Below, in pieces: positions 51,521 through 63,000 of a DNA stretch of 64,000 nt. This stretch comes from Fimbriosthenelais zetlandica (taxonomy: Eukaryota). The DNA lies in NCBI GenBank assembly GCA_977030845.1, contig OZ365118.1:3410001-3474000 (forward strand). The letters are read 5' to 3'. Both the position numbers and the translations under genes were made by a program. Positions within the stretch are counted from its first letter, which is position 1. The number at the start of each line of letters is the position of its first letter. Below the pieces are notes generated by a model that made no database searches, had not been told where the DNA came from, and worked only from the letters and a program-made list of their open reading frames with translations.

Positions 51521-54500
51521 AAGGGAGTACTTTATGGGGTTTACCCAGGAGTGATAAGCAGGGTAGAAATTGATACCAGTCTGAGTTGATGTGGAATCTG
51601 AAAATAACAAGTTATGCCGACTTCCACACGCCCCGTAAATAAAGCCCGTGCCTGCAGGCGAATATCACAGGATGAAAAATGGGAATAAAAGTGTTTGTAG
51701 ACAGGTGTTATTTGTGAGTCATGTAATGATGGATTGATGGACGGTATATACTGGACAGACTCAGCCGCTTATCTCTAATAGAAAGTCTAGTCCATCTGTT
51801 TATCTGCATGGAGGCATTATTTCTACTGGGGAATATAGGAAGGCATGGAAAGTATCATTATGGATTGTGATGTATTCACATGAGGGAGAACATTGGGTGA
51901 GAAAATGGGCGAGAAAATGAGTTTTCTCCAATGAACAGCTGTTGTTGGTACACACGTTGAATTGATTAGCTCACAAGGTCTTCACGATGTGTGAGGTGGC
52001 AACTTTTTCCCCTCCGGTCAAAAAAAAGTGTTCCATAAAAACAGAAATCACTTTAAAAGTCTGGCCGGGATAGGTTTCCTATTAAATGGGGCTAGAGAGC
52101 GTTTAACTCTGCCCCCACTGGGTGGGATCAGCGTGAGGTGCCCCTGGCGGGAAGCTAGCTCACCATGAGCGCCTGGTGGTGTCTGGGTGGGCGGGATTGC
52201 AGACCTATGACAGCCAACCTGCCTCGGGTTGAGGGAATTTCAATTTCATGCATCAAAACCGGAACGCCAAGTATTTCATGGGGTAGGAATATTTTTTCCG
52301 GTATTAAAATTGGCATGTGGGTACTATGGTAGTTATATTAATGGGTATTATTATAGACGGCTATAGGCTGAGGCTCAGAGCCTGAGAAAGGTGAAGACAT
52401 GTGCCTTTAGATTCATGGGAGCAAGAATTTAATGTTTTAAATAATCCAAATCATTTTCAAGGATTCCATTCTTTGTCATGGGAATCAAGACAATTAGAAT
52501 TCAGAAGGGAAGCTCAGATGGTGGGCGTGCGTTTACACTTCAAACTTAAATGCGACCAAACAAAAATATTAGGAATATTAGACATGTATATTATATGTAC
52601 AAACATCAAGTGGCTCTTAAGTATAGAGGATCATATATAGAGGAGACGTCAGGTCAAAATGGACGCACGATCGCTAAAAGCCCAGACCGCCTTCCAAGTG
52701 CTCTAAGTCCTTTGTCACAAAAGCACACATTTCAAACATATGATATGATTTGATAACCATGAGAATATCCTACCACAAACAGTCAAATCAAAGCCTGAAA
52801 CCTGATACATTCTCCAACTCCAGCCTGAACCAACTCCTCCCAAGCCCTCTCTACCTCACATTCAAGTGGGCGCTGAGCATTGCACCAGCTTTGGATTGCA
52901 TTTCTTAAACGTGCATTTCATTGTAAAATTCCCTCCATCAGCCCCAACAAAAAGCCACATGCATCTAAGGTTGCTTTTTCCATTGGACTGCCTTCAGTAA
53001 ACAAACGATGATGGCTGGTTCTGGTGACAGTTTCATGTGCATTGCAAAGGCTTGAGTGTGTGTTAGTCAGTCATGTACCTGAGCATATAGACCATGCTCT
53101 TATGCTATTCAATTTCATGTGTTGGCTCTGGGGCATGGCATTATGAACATTAAATATGTTCCTTATTCACTGAGCCACAATCCCTGTATAGAGGCAGGCC
53201 AGTCCGCCAGAAAGCTTCCACTATAGGAAGAGTCGGAGCACAGTCCAACGCCCGCCATCTGGCTTCAATGGACCCCAGCACTCCCATTTCCCCCTCAACA
53301 CAGTTATAATATATTTGGATTCTTCCCGTGGTAGATTTACTATTGACTTAGGACATCTGTAAGGGTGGGATGTTATTTGGTGTTTACTCACTGTCCAACC
53401 AACCCGCCAGCTTTCTCTCAATGGGTTTTTGTGCCTGATGTTTCCCTACACTGTTGATAGGACATCGAAGCCAATATTGATCTTCTTGTAGGTGCCTAGG
53501 TCTTAGTGGACGGGGGACATGGCATGGAGGTGGTGCATATAGGCTACAATAGGCCGGGGGGTGTTTACATATGAACCCTCCATATAGTGAACATCCCTAC
53601 CCCCTAGACACATCATCTGATAAACAGAAGATGGAGAGACTCATCATGTCCTCAAGGAATGAGGAGAAGAAAAATAAATAATAGATGGAACAAGTATGGA
53701 AGCCTTAGCTTGTCATTTCAGTTCATACCAAGTGGGCCAGAAACCTGACATTGCTCGGGTTTCCTACTGTGACATTAAGAAGTAACACAGGTAGAAGTGT
53801 GCTGTGACAGGAGCAGTGCCAGCATCTGTGGACGGTATAAAATTCCAATAACAAGCTTTTTGTGTTTTGTAATTTTAAGAGCTTTCAGGCCTCGCATTGC
53901 AGGTCTGGGTTTGTTTGTGGAGTTTTGTAGATGTTGTCAGGTTGTCAGATTGGCTCCCACCTCAGTTCTAAACTAATTCTCTAGTGGGGACGTGATCTGA
54001 TTATAAATATAAAACTTATCACTGAAATCTTAGAAATAACCACTCCAGACCTCTACAGCGAATAATAAGTGTCATACAGGCGGAGAATGAAGGTCTCTGT
54101 TCAAGTGGGAGAAATCGTCTCAACTTCTCCCACTTTCAACTCTCAAAAAACATGTTAGAGACATTTTCAATGAAGTAAACGTGACAGGGTGAATATTTTT
54201 ATCAGGCAGTGCCTGGAAAGCAATGTTCAGATGCTGACACAAGTTAAACAGGCAGGGCAGGCCTCAGTTTGCCTTCTTTATACAGGCATGGAATGAATAA
54301 CATTGATCTGTGACCAGATGCTTGAATGGCCTCCGGACTGTCTCATTGCAGGGAGTGGGTACAGTCACACATTGCCATGGCACTGAGCCTGTCTCCGGCC
54401 AGAGCCAGTACTGGGGACATGTTAGTTTCTATAGAATGATGCAGTTGCCTCAATTGTCAGTAGAAATTAGTACATTGCCCATTATTTGCCTTGATTCCAG

Positions 54501-55441
54501 CCACTCTCCGCCTTCCCATGGGGTATGCAAAGCTCTTGTGTGTATAAACCCACAAAGCGACCAAAGCTTCCAGGCACTTGTCTTTGAATTGTAGATGAAG
54601 TGTTCCTTTCCCAGCACTCTAACAAGTCTGAATCTAAAGCAGCAATGATGTCAATTGACGCATGAACTGATTCTGTCATATATGAGTGAATATTGTTAAG
54701 ATAATTATTGTTAAGCCATAATAAGACCCCCTGTGAGCATGATGGGAGACAAGTGTGATCTCCCGGGTATAGGCCTGGGGCTGATTTATTTAGGAGGGGG
54801 TTGGGAAGTTTAAGATGAAGTTATTCTATTTGTCAACTTGTTGAGCGAGGCTCTTGGACTGAGTTTGAGAGGGTAGCTGGTGAGAGTAAGTGAGATCTCA
54901 CAGTTCCGCCTCTATTCCTACTTCAGCCTCCTCCATACCTGGCCTCATTCACCCTCTATTGCCTCGCCATGTATTATTGCCTCTTGAGACTCAGTAAGAG
55001 TCTTGTACTCGATTGAAAAGCTACAAAATAGGCGACCCATGCACCGTCCCCTACCCTTACCCGAGGGCTGAATCACAAGCCCAAACTTTCACCGAACGTT
55101 TAGGTACTTCACACAAAGTGATTCAGATGGGGTCCATACAAGCCTCAGCCCTCTGAGTGTTTCTTTATTTAAAGGTTTAAAGATGGAGAATGTGTTCTTA
55201 AACTAGAACGTGTGTTAAGGGTTGTGTATATGTATGTGTAGGTCGTACACCCATTCTCTCACACATGCAGGTTTTGTGAAGGCTAGCTCGCTATCTGTTC
55301 TTGTCCGACTTTTAAAAGCGGTCCCGGCATTCAGACGTACATGCCTTTATTCTTCCATTACCATAAGGTCAATTCAATTTCGATTGGAGCGTGCCTTAGG
55401 TATGCCTTACTGTATGTGGGGCCTCCCTGGGTCATAGTGCC

Positions 55442-55500
55442 CCGACGGTGGCGCCACGCCTGATGGAAACCCAGAAATGACGTCATATGACGTGCCCGAC
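55442..55500. promoter_or_regulatory. CRE pair and CTCF-like GC motif, 1.7 kb upstream of the protocadherin ATG
   Basis: TGACGTCA 55478 and TGACGTG 55488 (10 bp apart); CCGACGGTGGCGCC 55442-55455. Confidence 0.5.
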
Positions 55501-56165
55501 ATCACAAATATCTCCTCTCAAATTTCTTTTTTTTTTGCTCAAATTTTCACCTATTTTGTTAAACGTCAGATTTATTTCATGATATTAATGATAGTTTGAC
55601 ATTTTATGGGGGATTATTGTCTTTTATAGCCGCGATTTACTGGTTTCAACTCAATTAAATGAAATTAACTCATTAAATTCCAGCGATAACGTTTTAGTGG
55701 TACATTTTTACAGCTCCTGACTGAACAAGACAAGGCGTCCCATGTAGAGCTTAAAACAAATTAAGTCCATACCGGTCCACTTTAGATGTGTCAGTCATCA
55801 TGGCACCTCCCACCCACCGACCAATCATAACCTCACATACAACCCACGTGACCTGCCAGCTCAATTATAACACTCGTAATTATAACAATCCCGCCTCCAA
55901 ATTACTCTTCGTGATGGGTGCTGTCAGGAAAATTGCTCTAAAAATCTGTCTTTTTTCTCTATTTTCTCTGGGGCAGATAGAGGTTGACACGCAGGATGGG
56001 AGCGTAGAGACAAGGTGGATAGACGGTAGGACAGAGAAGGCGGATAGGAGTAAATATGAGAGGAAATATGAGCTAGAGGTATAGCGTTAAATCTGTGACA
56101 TTTCCACACAGCGCTGTGTTTTGAGATCATACACGTTGTGAGGGGATTTAAGCTACAGGCCTGGA

Positions 56166-56214
56166 CTCCAGCCTGGGCTCTCATAGCTCCAGCCTGGGCT
56201 CTCATAGCTCCAGG
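56166..56214 (+). repeat. 21-bp tandem repeat x2.3 (CTCCAGCCTGGGCTCTCATAG)
   Basis: Copies at 56166, 56187 and a partial at 56208. Confidence 0.9.
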
Positions 56215-56879
56215 CTATACCTACACTTTAAGACTGAGCCGGTGTCGGATCTCACTCCATGACAAACCTCCACTACGCTCCGGGGAGTGGAAACCTGTCC
56301 CGGCAAAAACCTCACCTCTCAAAACACAAGCTCACACCACTCCACGACTATTCTACTCCCCACAAACAAAAGATGACTTTATAAAAAGTGTCCCTTTAAG
56401 AAATGAAGGTCCCTACCGCCCTTAAAGTCACTTTGATGTGAGTATCTGTTTAGTTAAAGCGCAAGCTGACTATAGGAAATCTATTGGTTGGATTACAAGA
56501 AGAATGGAATCAAAATATATAGTTCCTTCTGTAAATTTGAATACTCTTAAAATCTCGAGTGATGCCGAGTGTTTCAATGAACTCAATGACCCTTTGTTCC
56601 CACCAACTCAACTTCTAAAATAAAATTGTGAATTAAATCTTAAAACAAAATTTCAAATTAACGCCACTGACATTATTTGTTAAAGCTGGACGCTAAGATT
56701 GATGCGAAATATAATTGGTTAGAAATGGGGATTTAATTTAATGAGAAATGTGATTTATGGGATTTTGAATTTATTTGTAAGGTAAAATAAGTGAATGTTT
56801 AAGAGTAGGGGAGGTGGTCAGACCCAGTGGGTCCACATTCTGACAAACAGAAGCTTCAAAACCCATATTTACTAACTGT

Positions 56880-57075
56880 ACGCTTGGTTGCCCTGACAGC
56901 TGAGTGGAGCCGCTTGCCGGGTGGGGGCGCGCCAGTATAGCCAGCCAGCCAGTCAGTGTGGAGGGGGAAGAGTAGGAGGGAGAGAAGTGGGAGAAGGGAA
57001 GGAGGCGGCGCAACCAGTCGATGGCTTGAACTACATCAGTATGGACGTGTATATGGCAGGCGGTGTGCGCTTTCA
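56880..57075 (+). promoter_or_regulatory. Candidate proximal promoter of the protocadherin exon
   Basis: CpG/GC-rich patch (GGGTGGGGGCGCGCC) followed by a roughly 45-nt, almost purely purine tract (about 56960-57005), 150-340 bp upstream of the ATG. Confidence 0.45.
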
Positions 57076-57218
57076 ACAAGTCCACAAGTAGTATACAAAC
57101 ACACTCAAGACCATGCGACATTTCTGACACCAACCCCGGGATTTCCTACATATTACATATCAACCACCCACCAATATTGGATTTACTATTGATACATATA
57201 CAAACATTCACAGGAAAA

Positions 57219-60023
57219 ATGGCTTCATTTGAGTGGACATTTAGGACTTTAACAATGTGCCTTTTAGGTTTAACTTGGCTGTTTTTAACAGTGTTTTTGA
57301 CGGGGAATGGAGTGCGATCTCAAAGCAATGAATGGATCGAGGCGGAGTATACGATTGTTGAACAAATGCCACCCAATACAGTAGTAGGAAACCTCTCAGC
57401 TCATCCACATTTTAAAGATCAAACAAACATCGGTGACGGATCGCATCAGTTCAGTTTCCTCCCACAAAGTTCCCAGTACCAACAACTGTTCACTATTGAA
57501 GGTAAGCATGGACTGTTACGTACGAACACTGTGATTGACCGGGATGAGACATGTGCTAGAAGTATGACTTGTGACATGATGCTGGATGTAGCCGTTATCA
57601 ACCCTAACCGTGAGTTCCAGATCATGAAGGTAACCGTACATATAGAGGACATTAATGATAACGCCCCTACCTACCCCATGGACACCCTTCACCTCTCTAT
57701 ATCAGAAACAGCCTTACCCGGGGTCAGTTTTGTCCTACCTCAAGCCTGGGACCCTGACAGTGGGAAATACGGTGTACAAACATACAAACTGAACACAAGG
57801 ACTGATAAGTTCAGTTTGAATGTCAGTTTAGGTAATGATGGTACTGTTGATATGAGATTGGTCCTCATGGCACGCCTGGATCGGGAACTCCAGGCCGGAT
57901 ACACCCTGGAAGTGATAGCCACTGATGGAGGAACCCCAGCCCTGACTGGAACCATCACAGTGGATGTGACAGTCATGGATGCTAATGATAACAGCCCCGT
58001 CTTTGAACAACCATCATATGAGGTAAGGGTAAGGGAGGATACCCCAGTAGGTGATGTCATTCTCCGGATACTAGCTAATGATCCAGATCACGGACCTAAC
58101 TCAGAGATTGTCTACTCTCTCGCCTCACCCACCCCCAACTCTAACCCCGGTCTCACCGTCTTCACCATCCGAAACAACACTGGAGAAATCCTCCTCAATA
58201 AAAGGTTAGATTACGAAACACAAACCGCCTACCATTTACTGGTCACTGCTAAAGACAAGGGACCTGATGGTATACCTACACAAGCTAAGGTGGTGGTCAT
58301 GGTGGATGATGTCAATGACCATGCTCCAGACATTACAGTGAACGCCTTGACCGCTACAGGGAACGCTGAGATACCTGAGAATTCAGAACCAGGTGGTTTC
58401 GTTGCTCATGTCTCTATTGAAGACCAGGATTCGGGAGCCAGCGGGGAGGTTTCATGCCAGCTCAGTGTCGGCCCTTTCGAACTGCGGGAGCTGTATAGAA
58501 ATGTCTACAAGGTAATCGCGACCAGTACTTTTGACAGTGAAATCCAGGACAGGTACACCCTTACCCTGGCCTGTAGAGATGGGGGTGAGCCTTCTTTAAG
58601 AACGAGTCGGGATATCATAGTGACTATACTAGATGAGAATGATCATTCACCTGTATTTAACCAGGAGGTTTACTCAGCTACTCTGAGGGAGAATAACTCT
58701 ATAGGTCAGCATGTAGTTGGGGTAAATGCGACTGATGCCGACTCCGGGGAGAACGCCCGCATCACATATGTCATCCGCGGCGACCAGTCCAACTCATTCC
58801 GTATAGGTCTGAGCACTGGTATCGTAGCCACCGACAAGGTAATAGACTATGAATCCATCCACCATGCGAGATTTGAAGTGATCGCTCACGATCATGGCAA
58901 CCCACCTCGCTCATCTACCGCCACTGTTGTATTAAACATTGTAGATATTAATGATGAACCTCCCAAGTTCTACCACAGTTCATACAGCTTCTCAGTGAAG
59001 GAGAACAGCCCACCTGGGCAGGTACTCGGGGCAGTGGGTGCGACTGACAGAGACTCGGAACCGTACAATGAAATCATCTACTATCTCGCGCCCCAAAGTC
59101 TGGAGACTGAACCATTCAGTATAGATGAAATCACGGGTCAGATCTTGACAAATAAAGTGCTGGATCGTGAATATAAACCGTCATATACCTTCACTGTGTT
59201 TGCTAGTAACCCTGGCTATGCTAAAATGACCAGCTCAGTATCAGTAACTATACTAGTTACTGATATCAATGATAATGCTCCTACCATTCTCTTCCCCAAT
59301 AATACAAGTAACACGGTCAATGTGCCTTATGGAGCTCCTGAAGGTTTTATCTTCAGTAAGATAGTAGCTATGGATGTTGATGCTGGAGCTAATGCTAAGT
59401 TAATGTATTCTATAGCTAAGACCTCAGCTGAGGGAGTTTTTGAGGTAGATCAGTCCTCGGGGGCTGTCTCCATCAAGAGCCACAATCTCTGGTCCATGGG
59501 GGAATATTTTGATATGTTAATAACAGTGTCAGATCAAGGCACCCCTCCCAAGACTTCCCTGGCCGAGATGAACATTATTGTGAACAAATCTATAGTGTAT
59601 CCTGGTCTGAAGGACATATACCCGGGGGGAGCTGGCAACCCAGGGGGTGAGGCAGCGTCAAGTGTCAAACTGAACCATAACCAAACAGTGCTCATCTCAC
59701 TAGGCATCGTCACAGTCCTACTAGTAACCATCCTCATAGTGGCAATCATCCTAGTGAGGAGGAGAAAATACAAAGATGAGGAGGAGAATAATTCAGAGAA
59801 TAATTCACATAATCAGAATAATTTCCTCAAGATTCAGCCGTCAGTGATAGTGAAGGAAGCCTCACCTGCTGATAATGACACCCTGCCCGAGTCAGACTCT
59901 CAGGAGTCGGGAGTCTACTCGGAGGAGTCTGGAGAGAAGGGAGTGAGGGATGTGAAGTTTATTAATAATATAAGTGGAGGGATACTAGTCTCCAACGGTC
60001 CTCAAGTCACCATGGTCAACCAG
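57219..60023 (+). CDS. Protocadherin (7 cadherin repeats, delta/lophotrochozoan type), large first coding exon: signal peptide, EC1-EC7, TM and proximal cytoplasmic tail, 935 codons, 3'-partial
   Basis: ATG 57219 (AAAAATGG) followed by a hydrophobic signal peptide; six DxND(N/H/E)xP linkers (DINDNAP, DANDNSP, DVNDHAP, DENDHSP, DINDEPP, DINDNAP) define EC1-7; EC1 carries DRDET-C-x5-C; TM VLISLGIVTVLLVTILIVAIILV-RRRK (59688-59756); strong donor CAG|GTAAGA at 60024, phase 0. Confidence 0.96.
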
Positions 60024-63000
60024 GTAAGATTAAATTACTTTAATTTATTTTATAAAACATAATTATTTCATAGTTTCATATGCTTCATCTCTTATCTATT
60101 AAATATGATTCAGATATTTGGGCTTAATACATTATGTTGTGCGGGAGTTAAATATATTTGACATACCTATATATCTAGGGCATGATATAAGCAATGCTGA
60201 ATACTAGAATATGTCTTTAATTTGAAAAGGATGTATGACACTTTACATCATATGCACTGTTAATAATATAGTTATTCAAGGCACCCCTGGGTTTTAACCT
60301 AGCCTGTAAGTCTATGTTCTGATAGCAGCAGAGTACCTGGGTTATTTCCCATATGGTTTTCTTCCTGTGAAGTGTCATGAGAATTGTAATGCCAAATGTA
60401 AAGTGACTTAAACAGAAACCACACGGCCTTTTAACTTGAACAAGGAGAAAAGTGAAATCTAATCTCCCCTAACAAGTACTGACATATTCACAGGAAATAT
60501 CAATTCCTATATGGCGGAAAAAATGAACGAGCAGAGCAAACGTTCGCGGGCCGCTTTCATTTAGCAATCTAGAACTTCTGAGAGTTCAAAAGAAAGAGGC
60601 GGGATGAGGGAGCTGGGCATACTTTGGGTATTATAGTTGGAGTGGAACGCTTGGCCGTGTGCTTCAAAATCAATAAACATACTCAAGTTGACATCAAACA
60701 TAGGTCACCGCCGCGGACATGGTGTTCACATTCTGTTCCTTCTCAAAACACGCCATCATTTCTTCAATTTGTAAGAATGTCCTGACATATTAGACTACAT
60801 ACACATGGTAATAATTGGTGGGTCAAAGAGGTGGAGGATCGCCGTCTCCATGTATAATAACTCCAGTACGGTACAGGAGGGGGGATGGGGTAGAGTAGAG
60901 GGGTATGTATGTGTAGGTTAGTTATTAGTACTTGCCCATGATGATATTTTGTGCACCCCGGGGAGAGAGCCAGGTCTGGGCGGTAATTGCTAGGTTGGCC
61001 ACAAGTGGGAGTAATCATTGAGCAAATGGGAAGACATCGTCTGAAATGAGGAAGCCCCATCCATCAAGTTAAGATCGGGCGTTCTCTCCCCCGCCCAACT
61101 CAACCCACCAAAAGGTCCTATAACTCTCCCAACAACCCTCCCGCCCAACTCACCCCACCAAAAGGTCCTCAACTTTCCCAACAACCCTCATTTACTGACC
61201 ACAACTAGGACCAGAACGATGTCCACCCCCCACACAATGGTCAGCCTTAATAGGCATCTATAGAAACACGCCACCGTGCATTATTAGACTGCACTTTCTG
61301 GGCAGGATCAATTAGACCTGAGATACTAACTAACTGTCAAACTCGTCAATGTTCTAATCACCAGCAGACATTCTGTGGTTTAAGACATTTCTACAGGTCA
61401 AGTAAACACAGCTTGTCTAATTGGAAAATCAAAATCACTGCCTCGCAGGTATAGATGGAGGGGAGAATAATTAGATAATAGTTAATGGGTGGCTCAGTTG
61501 GAGGCTAAGTGCAGTTAATGTGTAATATGCCGGCTATAGGATTCACCAGAATGGTGTCAGCTTATTGTGTGGGGGTCTGCTTTCAATAGAAATGTCACAG
61601 CCATGGGTTTGACCCTTATTCAGGTTGATGGAGAGTATTCTATCTTCATCATGACAGTGTGACAACATAGAAAATGACAGACAACAGCCTGCGATCATTC
61701 ATTGTAATGTTTGCCAATTATTGACAGTAGTATGAGTATTAAATATGAAAACATTGACACACTTTTATTAATCTGTTCATTAAAGATATTACCTATAGTA
61801 GGTATCAGTGCACGCCTAGGCTTAGAATTTATAAGTCGTTACCCCAACATTTTTCACAATCACCTTAATTTTAATCCTTTCCCATGGCAATATTTTCATT
61901 TCTCATTGCACCCTCACCTAGCCGTGACATGCGCGCTGTTTGCAGTGTGTTCACATATAAATCACCTATTGATTGTATTTTGACAAGTTTTAACAACCAA
62001 TCAATGGTAGTATTTAATGAGTATTTTACGTCTTAAAGTGGGATTACCTTAACCAAACTCAAGCGGTGAGTACTAAAGGCTTGGGCTGGTGTGGGAAGTT
62101 AAATCCTTCACCCATCCAATGTTAAGGTAGCATTGTTGTAATGAGTGGGGAACAATTAGCCTCAATTAAGCACCACTCGCTGCCTGTACAAGGCTCTTTC
62201 TCAGCGCTCAGTCCATGGCTAATTTAGCTGGAATGTTGGCCCAAACACACCGAAACTAATTAAAAAATTACAGCTGCGAATTCAATCCATGTCACTGTGG
62301 CATACACAGGTTGAATTGCAGCATTGATTGGTAAAGTGGAGGCAATCTTCAAAATCGCTCTCACGATCGTGCGATAGGCCAGAAAAAAAGCTGTGATAAA
62401 GTTACACATGGAAGACTGGACCTTCACAATACCATTCAGGGCCTTTATTGTTATCAATTCTATACCATCACCCTCCATTCTTTTTTACCGTTCACCATTT
62501 AGATTTAGAACAATGGAGGTTTTAATTAGGTTTGGAATAAGCCCTCGTTTGTCAGCGTCTATTGGGGATGGTGGGGTAACATCTCAGGTAAGGTGTGAGG
62601 CCACCTATAGTGGGAGGAAGGGCTGGGTGTGGGGGGTGGTTACCTAACCCTCACACCTCTACCTCTCCACCTATAGACTGACTACTATTTCTGATGTTAT
62701 ATGACCGATACTGTATCCCTTTAAATCCAAAACAAGTCCTGTCAGAAACCCAGCACCTGGCATGCACCAACACCTCAAATTTTACTGGGAATATAGACAC
62801 ATTGAATACAAAGACTCATGGGCTTTCAAGGTAGAGACCGCAGCCACAATCTAGAGTTCGCTTTCCCACCTATCTCTATATATACCCAAGGCAAAAGGTG
62901 GACTTGAAAGTCATCCGTCTATACAATATTCGAGGTACACCTTAAGCAGTGTAAGACAGGTTACTAACACCTGCAATTAAAGCCAAGGTGTTAATGACCA

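Noticed and set aside
6285-56623. About 150 short ORFs (60-145 aa) in the desert
   Set aside because: No recognisable domains, many non-ATG starts, low-complexity or repeat-derived (e.g. 33349, 33377, 55924, 56138); consistent with chance.
57064-57075. CGCT box resembling the vertebrate clustered-Pcdh conserved sequence element
   Set aside because: A 4-mer without a flanking CTCF-type consensus is uninformative.
57063-57218. 52-codon upstream in-frame extension of the protocadherin ORF
   Set aside because: Begins at GTG and would bury the signal peptide; ATG 57219 has good context and directly precedes it.
57446-59773. Minus-strand ORFs overlapping the protocadherin
   Set aside because: Typical antisense shadows of a long coding exon.
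486-61189. CRISPR-like or satellite interpretation of the repeats and of the periodic blocks
   Set aside because: The repeats are head-to-tail without unique spacers, there are no cas genes, the DNA is eukaryotic, and the periodic blocks share composition but not sequence.
12221-62098. Su(H)/CSL sites YGTGRGAA (5 seen on the + strand)
   Set aside because: About 3-4 per strand are expected by chance; not paired or clustered.
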